Positions 19,922 to 29,912 of a DNA stretch of 64,000 nt are shown here, piece after piece. Made by a program: the position numbers and the translations under genes. Each line of letters begins with the position of its first letter. Position 1 is the stretch's first letter. The DNA is taken from NCBI GenBank assembly GCA_044229845.1, contig JBGASG010000007.1:221844-285843 (forward strand), given 5' to 3'. The notes under the pieces were generated by a model. That model was given only the letters and a program-made list of their open reading frames with translations, was not told where the DNA came from and ran no database searches. The DNA comes from Candidatus Obscuribacteraceae bacterium (GTDB lineage Bacteria > Cyanobacteriota > Vampirovibrionia > Obscuribacterales > Obscuribacteraceae).

Positions 19922-21880
19922 CTAGCCGACGTGGATTTTCGGCCGGCGCTTGGGAACCGGCTCCGTAATTCGCAGCACCTCGCGGCAGACCGGCGCCGTT
20001 TCTCCCTCGCCCAGAAATATGAATTTAAAGATATAGGTGAGAGGGTTTCCTTCGGTCCAACCGAAGTAAGCGTGGGGAATCTTGCCGGTTTTATCGCGTA
20101 TGTGCAACAGGAGGGCGGCGATAGCGTTGGGAATGGCCGGGCTTGTGCAGCGCAGCACCTGGTAGCCGTCAACCTCTACTCCCTTGACGTGCAGCTCGTC
20201 CGAGAAATCGGAGGCATCGCTGAGATTTACTTCCAAAAAGATGAAATCACCTTCGGGGTGCTGAATACTGTGTACCTCACGCGATTCCGCTTCTTTGGTG
20301 CAGTAGTCGGTGCCGCCCGGGCGGTGTGACAGTATGCGGATTTCGCCTCTGGATGCCGCAGTAGCAATGAACTTCTCGGCGACGCTGTCCAATTTTATGT
20401 CGCTGACGCGCAATTCGAGGGATCTGATGGCGCGTGAAATGAGGGAAGTGACCAGAATTGCGCCAATGAAGAACGATGCGATGTGCAAGCCCTCCGGGCG
20501 TTCAATCATGTTGAGGATGGTGGTGTAGGTGAATACCAGCGTGATCACCAGGTAGGCGATGGTCATCAGAGACATTTTGCGCGCGGCGGAGATTGTCACC
20601 GCGACCGCAGCCGAGGTGATCAAGACCAGGACGCCGGTCGCGTAGGCTCCGGCCTGGGCATCCACATCAGCACGGAATATCAGCGTGACGACGAAGGAGA
20701 CCAGTGTGAAGAAGACCACCAGTGGACGCATGGCGCCAGCCCAGTCCGGTGCCATGCCGTACCGCGGCAGGTATCGAGGCACCAGATTGAGAAGCCCGGC
20801 CATGGCCGAGGCCCCGGCGAACCAGAGAATCAGAATTGAGCTGATATCGTAGGCGGTACCAAAGCCATGACCCAGATACTCGTGCGCCAGGTAGGCGAGC
20901 GCCCGTCCGTTAGCTTCGCCATTGTCAGCGAACTTGGCTGGCTCAATCAACAGGGTAGTTGTGATCGCGCTGCCGATCAGAAAGACGCTCATGAGCAGCG
21001 CGGCGGTAAATAATAGTTTGCGAGTGTTTCGAACGCGTCCGTCGGGCTGTTCGGGATCGTCATCGGGGCGACCCTTGACCAGCGGCATGACGGCGACTCC
21101 GGTCTCGAAACCGGACATGCCGAGGGCGAGCTTCGGGAAGAGAATGAGCGAGATGCCGGCCATTGTCCAGAAGCTCTTATACTGGTGCATCAGCCCTTGC
21201 TGCCAATTTTGAATGTGCTCCGGGTGCTCCAGGATGTCGTTGCCGGCGACACCAATGATGATACCGCTCATGGTCAGGTAGAGAATCACGAGCACGATCG
21301 AGACACCAATCGCTTCGCGGAAACCCAGCAGAAATATCGCTCCCAGCACGGAGAGCAGAAACAAGGTGATCCCCTCCCTGGACAATAACCAGGGCGGCAC
21401 CTGTTGAATGACGAGCGGGTTTTCGACGACGTGTGCGGTGGCATCGGCAGCCGAGAGTGTAATGGTGATAATGAAGTCTGTGGCTGCAAATCCCAGCAGA
21501 ATCAGAACAATTGTTTTGCCACGCCAGCCGGGGAAGAGGTTTTCCAGCATGGCAATCGAGCCCTGCCCGTGGGGACTTTCCTTCGCAACGCGCGAATAGA
21601 CAGGTAGCGCGCCGAACAAAGTCAAAAGCACGATCGTCAGGGTGGCGAACGGCGACAGCGCGCCAGCCGCTAAGAAGGCTATGCCGGGCTGGTAGCCGAG
21701 CGTCGAAAAATAATCGACGCCCGTGAGGCACATGACCTTCCACCACGCCGCCTGATGGAGCTTTGAATCGCGGGATTTTTGTTGCTGTTTGATGCCTTCA
21801 AAGAACCAGCGCCGAAATTTTGTCGACATCATGCGCGAGCGCTGCTCATTGTCCTGGGAAACCGTGGTAATCGATGACAT
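19922..21880 (-). CDS. APC-superfamily transporter, KimA/KUP-like putative K+/H+ symporter
   Basis: About 12 TM segments plus a cytoplasmic C-terminal domain; [26 protein letters not shown] and AYATGV motifs. Confidence 0.75.
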   Translation of the reverse strand: MSSITTVSQDNEQRSRMMSTKFRRWFFEGIKQQQKSRDSKLHQAAWWKVMCLTGVDYFSTLGYQPGIAFLAAGALSPFATLTIVLLTLFGALPVYSRVAKESPHGQGSIAMLENLFPGWRGKTIVLILLGFAATDFIITITLSAADATAHVVENPLVIQQVPPWLLSREGITLFLLSVLGAIFLLGFREAIGVSIVLVILYLTMSGIIIGVAGNDILEHPEHIQNWQQGLMHQYKSFWTMAGISLILFPKLALGMSGFETGVAVMPLVKGRPDDDPEQPDGRVRNTRKLLFTAALLMSVFLIGSAITTTLLIEPAKFADNGEANGRALAYLAHEYLGHGFGTAYDISSILILWFAGASAMAGLLNLVPRYLPRYGMAPDWAGAMRPLVVFFTLVSFVVTLIFRADVDAQAGAYATGVLVLITSAAVAVTISAARKMSLMTIAYLVITLVFTYTTILNMIERPEGLHIASFFIGAILVTSLISRAIRSLELRVSDIKLDSVAEKFIATAASRGEIRILSHRPGGTDYCTKEAESREVHSIQHPEGDFIFLEVNLSDASDFSDELHVKGVEVDGYQVLRCTSPAIPNAIAALLLHIRDKTGKIPHAYFGWTEGNPLTYIFKFIFLGEGETAPVCREVLRITEPVPKRRPKIHVG

Positions 21881-21926
21881 TTTAGTTGTAAGGTAGTTTT
21901 GATGCTCCGATCCTAGATTTGCGTGA

Positions 21927-22142
21927 CATAAAAACACCGCAAATATTTCCCGATTTGAGATCAAAAAAACGTAAAAATACCGAATCCGATCAGGATTTTT
22001 GCTTGATTCAGGCGACGAGATCTTCTGGAGCGTCGGCGGAAGGACGACTCAAAAGGCTCATTTGGTGCAGGTCACGCGGAACTCATTCAGCATCAACGCA
22101 ATTTTGATGCCGCCGGATGCGATTTTGACGCACTCTTAACGC
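21927..22142. promoter_or_regulatory. divergent promoter region with phased T-rich direct repeats (candidate KdpE boxes)
   Basis: Plus strand ttgatgc/cggatgc/ttgacgc/ttaacgc at 22104, 22114, 22125, 22136; minus strand TTTTTACG/TTTTTGAT/TATTTGCG/TTTTTATG within 21927-21977. Confidence 0.5.
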
Positions 22143-22185
22143 CCTGCTGACTACTCTTGGAGTATCAGTTGCAGTTAGGTGTCCC

Positions 22186-22383
22186 ATGGAAATTTGCTTG
22201 ATATTAGGTGCCTTCGTCATCGCCTGGGCAGGCGGACACATGTTGGATAAGCTGATGACGCTGGCTTTCCCTGATGCGCCGCAAGCGACCGGTCTGGAGC
22301 CCGTGCAATCTGTCGGTGCCAGGGCGAGGAAGAATGTCGGCGCCGCCGGCGGTAGAGTGGCTTCATGGGGAGCTCGCAGCTGA
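22186..22383 (+). CDS. small protein with an N-terminal hydrophobic helix
   Basis: 65-aa ORF with an AGGTG RBS-like element, upstream of kdpE. Confidence 0.45.
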   Translation: MEICLILGAFVIAWAGGHMLDKLMTLAFPDAPQATGLEPVQSVGARARKNVGAAGGRVASWGARS

Positions 22384-22450
22384 CCCCATGTCGCGGGGGC
22401 GGCGCGGGGCTCGTGCTATATTCGAATCCGTCGAGCAAAATGCGACGGGT

Positions 22451-23161
22451 ATGGACACAACCAGGTCAGTCGATCAAGGAATTGTGCTGGTCATTGAGGA
22501 TGAGCAGCCGATTCGGCGTTACTTGAAGGCTGCCTTGCATCCCTACGGATTTAAAATCATCGAGGCTGCAACTGGCGAAGAGGGATTGAGCCTGGCTGCA
22601 ACCAGCAATCCGGATGTCGTCCTGCTGGACCTCGGGCTGCCCGATGTTGACGGTCTTGAGGTGACGCGGCGGCTGAGAGAATGGAGCACCGTTCCCATCA
22701 TCGTGCTGTCTGCTCGTGAGCATGAATCGGACAAGATTACGGCTCTGGATGCGGGAGCTGACGATTACCTGACCAAGCCATTTGGTACCGGTGAACTGAT
22801 GGCCCGTATTCGAGTTGCCCTGCGGCACAATTTGCGCACCAAGGGTGATACCGCGCAGGCGTCCTTTACTGCCGGCAGGGTGCGTGTCGATTTTGCCAAA
22901 AGGCAGGTGTTTTTGGATGACGAAGAAGTGCATTTGACGCCGCACGAGTACAAGTTGCTGACGATCCTGGCTCAGCATGCCGGAAAGGTAGTGACGCACA
23001 GACAGCTTCTGAAAGAAGTCTGGGGGCAAGGTTATCAAAACGAGAGCCACTATCTGCGCGTTTATATGGCTCATCTGAGGCACAAACTGGAAGAAGATCC
23101 GGCGCGCCCGCGCCACTTTATCACCGAGCCTGGAGTGGGCTACCGATTGAGGGTGGAATAG
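22451..23161 (+). CDS. kdpE: KdpE-type OmpR-family response regulator
   Basis: LLDLGLPDVDG, ADDYLTKPF and KdpE-typical HYLRVYMAHLRHKLEEDPARPRHFITEPGVGYRL. Confidence 0.9.
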   Translation: MDTTRSVDQGIVLVIEDEQPIRRYLKAALHPYGFKIIEAATGEEGLSLAATSNPDVVLLDLGLPDVDGLEVTRRLREWSTVPIIVLSAREHESDKITALDAGADDYLTKPFGTGELMARIRVALRHNLRTKGDTAQASFTAGRVRVDFAKRQVFLDDEEVHLTPHEYKLLTILAQHAGKVVTHRQLLKEVWGQGYQNESHYLRVYMAHLRHKLEEDPARPRHFITEPGVGYRLRVE

Positions 23162-23189
23162 TCTGCGCGCTGAAAGGGATTTCGAGTTT

Positions 23190-24293
23190 TCAGGTTTCTT
23201 CCCGAATCTCGGGTGGCACTGTATCTAGTGGCAGTGTGAAACAAATCTGAGCACCGCCGCCCGGGCGGTTTCCGGCAGTTATTGTTCCACCATGCGCTTT
23301 GACTATTCCGTGGCAGATTGCCAATCCCAGTCCAACGCCTGCCGAACTTTTGGCGGCGCTGCCTCGATAGAATTTCTCAAATACGTGATCGCTTTCTGCC
23401 GGGGAGAAGCCGGGGCCGGTGTCTAGAACGCAGACAGTAACTAAGCCCTTGGTAGTGTCACCGGCACCGCTGGTTGGAGTTGCTGATACCGAAACGGCAA
23501 TAGACGCGGTGGTTCCCGCGTATTTGATGGCGTTGTCCAGCAAGTTGGTCAGTACTTGTTCAATCAGAACCGCGTCCAGCGGCACGAGCAACAGTTCATC
23601 CGGCAATAGAACCTCAATCCGGGCGCCGGCTAATTTGGCTTCAACTCGTGCCAGGGCGGTGCCGATTACTTCTTCGATGGCCTGCCATTCCTTGTTGACC
23701 AGAATGTTGCCGGATTCAACGCGAGTCATTTCGAGCAAGTTTCCGACCAGGCGGTTCATTCGTTCTGATTCTTCATAAATGACCTCCAGCAGCTCATGTC
23801 GGGTTCCGGGATTGCTCTCGGCGGCTTCCTGCAAAAGACTGCTCGACGCACCGGTGATGGTGGCAAGCGGTGTGCGCAAATCATGAGAAACCGAACTCAG
23901 CAATGTGCTGCGCAACCGTTCCGTCTCCATCTGGCTGGAAGCTTGATCGGCTGCTTCCGCGTGTTCTCTGACTTGTGTGGTAAGCGTGCTTATCAACACC
24001 GCTACGGTCAACATCATGGCGAACGTCAGAAGATACTGAGTGTCGCTGACTGCAAAACTCAGGTACGGATGCACGCAGAAAAAATCGAAAGCTGCGACGC
24101 TCAGAAACGAAGCCAGTACCGAAGCGCCTCTCCCGAAACGAATGGCGACGATCACCACCCCTATCAGATAGACCATAATCAAATTAGCGGGTGACAGGTA
24201 TGGTTTGGCCACCTGCGCGGCGAGCGTAGCGGCTGCGGTGATCGCGGCACCGGCGAGGTATCCCAACAGAGTTGTGCGTTGCCGGTGAACCAT
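23190..24293 (-). CDS. short KdpD-like sensor histidine kinase (4-TM DUF4118, HisKA, HATPase only)
   Basis: AFDFFCVHPYLSFAVSDTQY, ERLRSTLLSSVSHDLRTPL, NLLDNAIKY, GVGLGLAIC; no N-terminal KdpD/Usp or GAF domain. Confidence 0.85.
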   Translation of the reverse strand: MVHRQRTTLLGYLAGAAITAAATLAAQVAKPYLSPANLIMVYLIGVVIVAIRFGRGASVLASFLSVAAFDFFCVHPYLSFAVSDTQYLLTFAMMLTVAVLISTLTTQVREHAEAADQASSQMETERLRSTLLSSVSHDLRTPLATITGASSSLLQEAAESNPGTRHELLEVIYEESERMNRLVGNLLEMTRVESGNILVNKEWQAIEEVIGTALARVEAKLAGARIEVLLPDELLLVPLDAVLIEQVLTNLLDNAIKYAGTTASIAVSVSATPTSGAGDTTKGLVTVCVLDTGPGFSPAESDHVFEKFYRGSAAKSSAGVGLGLAICHGIVKAHGGTITAGNRPGGGAQICFTLPLDTVPPEIREET

Positions 24294-24442
24294 AATCTCC
24301 AACTATACCGCAGGCGAGGGTCGCACCGGCACCGAAAGTGGTATCAAAACCGAATGTGCCTTGTAAAAAGCCGCATTATATTGCGATCAACGGCAAGTAG
24401 CTTGCGATAAAATTCCCGGAATCACCAGTCGAGGACGGTTTT

Positions 24443-25240
24443 ATGACCTTCGTGCGCCAGACGATAATTGCCGGTAATTGGAAGATGAACTTGAACCGTA
24501 GCGAGGCGAAGCAGCTGACCTCGGCAATTGCCGAAGGAGTCAAGAGTCAATCCGATCTACCCGCTATTGTCCTTTGCCCGCCGTTCACCAGTCTGGAAAC
24601 CGTCGGCGCCGCCATCGACCCCAAGACGATTGCTCTCGGTGCCCAAAACATGGACTATCGCGACTCAGGGGCGTTTACTGGAGAAGTCGCTCCTCCCATG
24701 TTGCTGGATTTGAATGTGAAATACGTCATCATTGGACATTCAGAAAGACGCCAACTTTTTGGAGAAACGAACCAAACTGTCAATCTAAAGCTGAAAGCCG
24801 CGCTCAGTCACAAACTTTTACCGATCGTCTGCGTGGGCGAAACTCTCGATGAACGGGAAAGCAACCTCACTGACTCGGTCGTCAGCCGCCAAGTAGTAGC
24901 TGCCTTGCAGGGGCTGACAGCTGCCGAGCTTAGTTCGCTGGTGATCGCCTACGAGCCAGTCTGGGCTATTGGCACCGGCAAGGTTTGCGAAGCCATGGAA
25001 GCTAATCGAGTCATCCGGACAATACGTCAGACTCTCGCTAACTCCACGTCTCAAGACCTGGCCAACCGGGTCCCGATCCTCTACGGCGGGAGCGTCAATT
25101 CCAAGAACGTTGACGAACAACTGATTCAAAGCGACATCGATGGTTCATTGGTCGGAGGCGCCAGCCTCAAAGCGGAAGACTTCCTCTCAATAATTGCCTC
25201 CGCGAAGAAATCACGCCTAAAAGTTGCGAATAAAGCCTAG
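24443..25240 (+). CDS. tpiA: triosephosphate isomerase
   Basis: AGNWKMN, GHSERR, AYEPVWAIGTG and YGGSV motifs. Confidence 0.97.
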   Translation: MTFVRQTIIAGNWKMNLNRSEAKQLTSAIAEGVKSQSDLPAIVLCPPFTSLETVGAAIDPKTIALGAQNMDYRDSGAFTGEVAPPMLLDLNVKYVIIGHSERRQLFGETNQTVNLKLKAALSHKLLPIVCVGETLDERESNLTDSVVSRQVVAALQGLTAAELSSLVIAYEPVWAIGTGKVCEAMEANRVIRTIRQTLANSTSQDLANRVPILYGGSVNSKNVDEQLIQSDIDGSLVGGASLKAEDFLSIIASAKKSRLKVANKA

Positions 25241-25256
25241 GTGCCGGCTGGACTCT

Positions 25257-25284
25257 AGATCTGAACCGATATCGGTTCGGGATT
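25257..25284. repeat. palindromic repeat, copy 6 (core 25264-25277)
   Basis: agatctg-AACCGATATCGGTT-cgggatt, downstream of tpiA. Confidence 0.95.
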
Positions 25285-25412
25285 GTTTTACGGGACCTTT
25301 GCAAGCGAAACTGTTATCCTTGAAAAAGCATGCACCGCGCAGGCGACCGCGGATTAACGTGGGGCGGCTGAGGGATGTCCCATCAGCTATAATGTCTCGC
25401 CTGAGATTACTC

Positions 25413-25504
<92 letters not shown>

Positions 25505-25521
25505 TTGTTTGAGCTCCGAAA

Positions 25522-26637
25522 ATGGACCAATTTGTCGCCAAGTTAGAAGAGATTGAAAAGACGTACAGGGAGCTCGAGGAAAAACTCGGCGATCCGAACG
25601 TTCTGAGCGATCAAAGTACCTTCAAGCGACTGGCCAAGACACGTCGGCAGCTGGAGCCGACTATGGATCGCTTCAGTCTGTGGCGCGAGGTGGCACGCCA
25701 AATTGAGGGTGCGCAGGAGATTCTGCGTACGGAAAACGACAAAGACCTGCGAGAAATGGCAGAAGCGGAGCTGGCTGAACTCAAGGGGCGGCACACGGCA
25801 CTTGGCGAGCAACTCAAGCTAGACCTGCTGCCCAAAGATCCCAACGACGAACGGGATATCATCGTTGAAATTAGAGCCGGAACAGGTGGCGACGAAGCCT
25901 CGCTTTTTGCAGGGGATTTGAGTCGCATGTATCTGAAATACGCCGAGCGGATGCGTTGGAACGCGGAGTTGGTGGACAAGAACGACGGCGAAGTCGGCGG
26001 ATACAAGGAAGTCATCATGAAAGTGAGTGGTGACGCTGTCTACAGTAAGATGAAGTTTGAATCCGGTGTGCACCGTGTGCAACGCGTTCCGGAAACGGAG
26101 GCGCAGGGGCGTGTCCATACCTCTACGGCCACGGTTGCAGTCATGCCGGAGGCTGACGAGGTTGATGTCCAGCTCAACGAGAACGATTTAGAGATATCGA
26201 CAATGCGTTCTGGCGGTGCCGGTGGGCAAAACGTCAATAAAGTAGAAAGTGCAGTCCGTATCGTGCACAAGCCGACTGGCATCATGGTGGCGTGTTCGGA
26301 AGAGCGCAACCAACTGCAAAACAAGCAGAGGGCTAAAGAAATTCTGCTTGCCAAACTATACAAACTGGAGATGGAGGCGCGGCAGAAAGAATTGGCAGAT
26401 GCGAAGCGATCTCAGATCGGCACAGGCGATCGGTCGGAAAAAATTCGCACCTACAATTACAAGGACAATCGGGTGACCGACCACCGACTGAATCAGAACT
26501 TCAGTTTACAGCAGGTTCTCGAGGGCGACCTGGAGAAGGTAATCGAAGCCCATATCCTTGCAGAACAACAGCGCATGCTGGAAGTCTCTACGCAATTAGA
26601 TGATAACAATAACGGCTCTGAAAAACGCGGCAGTTAA
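25522..26637 (+). CDS. prfA: peptide chain release factor 1
   Basis: [14 protein letters not shown] anticodon-mimic motif (QRVPETE) and GGQ. Confidence 0.97.
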   Translation: MDQFVAKLEEIEKTYRELEEKLGDPNVLSDQSTFKRLAKTRRQLEPTMDRFSLWREVARQIEGAQEILRTENDKDLREMAEAELAELKGRHTALGEQLKLDLLPKDPNDERDIIVEIRAGTGGDEASLFAGDLSRMYLKYAERMRWNAELVDKNDGEVGGYKEVIMKVSGDAVYSKMKFESGVHRVQRVPETEAQGRVHTSTATVAVMPEADEVDVQLNENDLEISTMRSGGAGGQNVNKVESAVRIVHKPTGIMVACSEERNQLQNKQRAKEILLAKLYKLEMEARQKELADAKRSQIGTGDRSEKIRTYNYKDNRVTDHRLNQNFSLQQVLEGDLEKVIEAHILAEQQRMLEVSTQLDDNNNGSEKRGS

Positions 26638-27496
26638 GGCGCTGGTTGGCTTTGGGGTGGAACCGCCAGAAGCGCGTCGCGAAGCCGAGCTGATTGTCGA
26701 ACACATCACCGGGCTGACAATCGAAGGACAGATAAAAGTCGGTTCTGCCGCCACGCACCCAAGCTGGGAAGGTGCCCTGGAAGGAATTTTGGCGCGCCGC
26801 CAACGGCGCGAGCCGCTGCAGTACATCCTCGGTTACACCCTGTTTCGCGGCTTGAAATTCCAGTGCCACCAGGGCGTATTTATTCCGCGCAGCGACACGG
26901 AAACCGTGGTGGCGGTCGCTCTAGACCTGCTTGCTCTGGAGTCCAGCGCGCCGATCAAAGTGCTGGAAGTGGGTCCTGGAGCCGGCACCATTTGCATATC
27001 CCTGTTGCATGCGCTGCCAGATGTTTTGGTGACAGCCGTAGAGAAAAGCGCGGCGGCGATTTGTGCAACGCTTTCCAACGCTGGCGCGCAGGGTGACGCT
27101 ATCAGAGGTCGTTTGACCGTTATACAGCAAGACTGGCTTGACTTTGTCGCTAGTGCCACCGACCAGTTCCACCTGGTGGTGAGTAATCCGCCCTACATCC
27201 CGCTGTGTCAGCAACCGAAGTTGCAGCCGGAGGTAGGTCTTTGGGAGCCGCACGAGGCCTTATTCGGAGGGGGCGACGACGGCTTGCTTGTCTACCGTCA
27301 GCTGGCCCTTCGAGCTCCGAAGGTTCTCTTCCCGGGCGGATATCTGGTGGTAGAAGTTGGTGATGGGCAAGCGGAGAGTGTCGTGCATATCTTTGAGGCA
27401 TCCCACTGGCAGGCGGTGAACGCTCACTTGGATGTCCACGGATTGACGCGGGCGATAAGCGCTTGCGCCCCTAGACAGTCTGTCCAAGCGGGTTAG
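26600..27496 (+). CDS. prmC: release factor glutamine methyltransferase (HemK)
   Basis: [16 protein letters not shown] and VSNPPYIP motifs; follows prfA. Confidence 0.93.
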   Translation: MITITALKNAAVKALVGFGVEPPEARREAELIVEHITGLTIEGQIKVGSAATHPSWEGALEGILARRQRREPLQYILGYTLFRGLKFQCHQGVFIPRSDTETVVAVALDLLALESSAPIKVLEVGPGAGTICISLLHALPDVLVTAVEKSAAAICATLSNAGAQGDAIRGRLTVIQQDWLDFVASATDQFHLVVSNPPYIPLCQQPKLQPEVGLWEPHEALFGGGDDGLLVYRQLALRAPKVLFPGGYLVVEVGDGQAESVVHIFEASHWQAVNAHLDVHGLTRAISACAPRQSVQAG

Positions 27497-27539
27497 AAAC
27501 TGATAAGATGTAACAATCACTCACATGAGGTGGTGCGGA

Positions 27540-28421
27540 ATGGACGATGGCATGATCAAGGCTATCTCGACAGATGGCACTATCAGGGCTGTGATCGCCG
27601 GAACCACTCATCTCGTTGAAGACGCTCGACAAAGACACGGACTCTCTTTCACATCAACCGCCGCACTAGGAAGGGCTCTCACGGGTGCATGCTTATTGTC
27701 ATCCGTGGTATCTAAACGCGGACAAGTGGCGATGAAGTTCGCTGGCAATGGTCCGCTGGGCAAAGTTGTCGTTGACGCCTCCCCAAAGGGAACGGTCCGC
27801 GGGTATGTAGAGCATCCTCAGGTTGAGCTTCCGCTCAACAGTTTGGGGAATTTTGATGTTGGAGCAGCTGTCGGTAATAACGGCTATCTGCATGTGACTA
27901 TCGACCACGGCTTTGGGCGTCCGTACACTTCTACAGTCGAATTGCAGTCCGGCGAAATCGGGGAGGACATCAACCGCTACCTGGTCACTTCAGATCAAAC
28001 TGGTTCGATTGTCATTCTTGGCACGCATCTCTCGGCACGCGGAGTCGAGGCTGCCGGAGGGCTGATCGTGCAGCTCTTGCCAGGCTACACGGAGGAGACC
28101 ATCTGCAAAATCGAGAACAATATCAGCACCTTTGGCACATTTACGTTTCTGATGCGCCGGGGGATGAGTCTTCAAGACATATTGCAGCGAATCATGACAG
28201 GCTTCGAGGTCCAACAGCTCACTGATTGCCTTTCTCTTCGCTTCGCCTGCCGGTGCACTTCCGAGCGGTTTGTCGAGGCTTTGAAAGTGCTCGGCAAAAA
28301 AGAACTGGTCGAGATGGCGGAGGAAGACGGACAGGCTGAAGGGCGTTGTCATTTCTGTAATGCCGTTTACCATGTCAGCCGCGAACGACTACTCGACATC
28401 GCCCGCAGCGTCAGTTTCTGA
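27540..28421 (+). CDS. hslO: Hsp33 redox-regulated chaperone
   Basis: AALGRAL, GEIGED and C-terminal CRC...CHFC zinc motif. Confidence 0.93.
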   Translation: MDDGMIKAISTDGTIRAVIAGTTHLVEDARQRHGLSFTSTAALGRALTGACLLSSVVSKRGQVAMKFAGNGPLGKVVVDASPKGTVRGYVEHPQVELPLNSLGNFDVGAAVGNNGYLHVTIDHGFGRPYTSTVELQSGEIGEDINRYLVTSDQTGSIVILGTHLSARGVEAAGGLIVQLLPGYTEETICKIENNISTFGTFTFLMRRGMSLQDILQRIMTGFEVQQLTDCLSLRFACRCTSERFVEALKVLGKKELVEMAEEDGQAEGRCHFCNAVYHVSRERLLDIARSVSF

Positions 28422-28447
28422 TAAGCGCTTCGACGATGCCCGACGAG

Positions 28448-28471
28448 ATCTCAACCGATATCGGTTGAGAT
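28448..28471. repeat. palindromic repeat, copy 7 (core 28453-28466)
   Basis: 24-bp perfect palindrome running into a T7 tract, downstream of hslO. Confidence 0.95.
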
Positions 28472-28486
28472 TTTTTTGACGCAGGC

Positions 28487-28514
28487 AAAAAAATGCCGGT
28501 CTTGTGAACCGGCA
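28487..28514 (-). terminator. rho-independent terminator of rpmB
   Basis: Minus-strand hairpin GCCGGT-TCACAAG-ACCGGC followed by ATTTTTTT. Confidence 0.7.
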
Positions 28515-28539
28515 AAATTCTTGATATCGCGGAGAGGGC

Positions 28540-28743
28540 TTAAACCGCTCGGTGCACTTTGCCTGCTTTTATGCAGCTGGTGCAAACTTTCAGGCGCTGG
28601 ATCGCATTGCCAATCTTCGCCTTGACCGGCTGCAGGTTTGGCAGCCAGCGGCGCTTGTTGTGCGGGTTCCAGTGAGACCGCAGGAAAGTGTAGTTATAGC
28701 CGGTTGTAGGACCTTTTCCGCAGACGTCGCAACGTTTAGCCAT
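28540..28743 (-). CDS. rpmB: 50S ribosomal protein L28 (zinc-binding form)
   Basis: MAKRCDVCGK...RRWLPNLQ...KVCTSCIKAGKV. Confidence 0.95.
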   Translation of the reverse strand: MAKRCDVCGKGPTTGYNYTFLRSHWNPHNKRRWLPNLQPVKAKIGNAIQRLKVCTSCIKAGKVHRAV

Positions 28744-29174
28744 GGCTGAAATCCCTTCGTTATCGGACGGCGTTCTCCGCCTTTGTAACGGGCAAGACAC
28801 GTCTTACCTGCTCAAGTGCGCAAAAATCCACCGTACAGAGCGTTTGATTGTATCATGTAACCCGAAATGTTCATGATGCTTGAATATTTCGCACGCAACA
28901 TTCGCTTTACTACCAGTTCAAATCCAGGAGAGGAACTTTACAGTTGTTACTTGGTAGACGCAGCCAAAATCATGGTAGGCTCTTAGTTGCAGGCATTACT
29001 ATGCACTGTAACGATCTGCTGCGTCGGCGAGAATTCAAGAGTGTGTAGCTTGGCATACTTTTGGGGTAGTAATCACATAGACCAGATTCAAATCGGTCAT
29101 AATCTGGCGATCGTAATCTGCAATTCGATTCCAGGGCAGTTGGCGAGGCAGGGGCAGGAAATTAGGGACTAGGA

Positions 29175-29753
29175 ATGGCACTCGTAAATTACGCAGCCAG
29201 AGAGATCAACTGCAAAATCGTTTACTACGGCACCGGTCTCGGTGGCAAAACAACGAACCTGAAATACATTCACAGCCAGTTGGCACCAACAACTCGCGGT
29301 GAACTGATCAGTCTGGCAACTGAAACAGAAAGAACGCTCTTCTTCGACTTCTTGCCGCTCGACTTGGGCAGCGTGCAGGGATTCAAAACACGGTTTTCTC
29401 TCTACACCGTCCCCGGTCAGGTGGAGTACAACGCCAGCCGTAAATTGATTTTGAACGGCGTAGACGGAATTATCTTTGTTGCCGATTCAGACGTGATGCG
29501 CGCGAAGGAAAACGTCGAGTCCCTCCAGAACATGATTGAAAACCTGGCTGAATACAATTTGACTCTCGACCAGATACCCTGGGTTCTCCAATACAACAAA
29601 CGCGACCTGGCGAACGCCATGACGATCGAGCGTTTGGAAAAAGATTTGAATATCCGTGGCGTGCCCAGTTTCGAAGCTGTTGCTTCCGAAGGACTGGGCG
29701 TTTTTGCTACGCTGAAAGCGATTTCGAAGCTGATTCTCAACCGCCTCCAGTAA
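29175..29753 (+). CDS. mglA: MglA-family small Ras-like GTPase
   Basis: [43 protein letters not shown] and QYNKRDL, all diagnostic of MglA. Confidence 0.92.
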   Translation: MALVNYAAREINCKIVYYGTGLGGKTTNLKYIHSQLAPTTRGELISLATETERTLFFDFLPLDLGSVQGFKTRFSLYTVPGQVEYNASRKLILNGVDGIIFVADSDVMRAKENVESLQNMIENLAEYNLTLDQIPWVLQYNKRDLANAMTIERLEKDLNIRGVPSFEAVASEGLGVFATLKAISKLILNRLQ

Positions 29754-29912
29754 CTCAGTGTAGTTTTCTTTTGCAAAACATCCTGAGATGGAATGCTACT
29801 CTGCCTGCGCCTACTGCCTGGTGCAAACTGCTGTTGGATGCCTGAATTGGGTCTATAATGCGGTCGGAGAGCCTCTCGGGTAGCCTGTTGTATATACATC
29901 TGGTGGGTTGCG

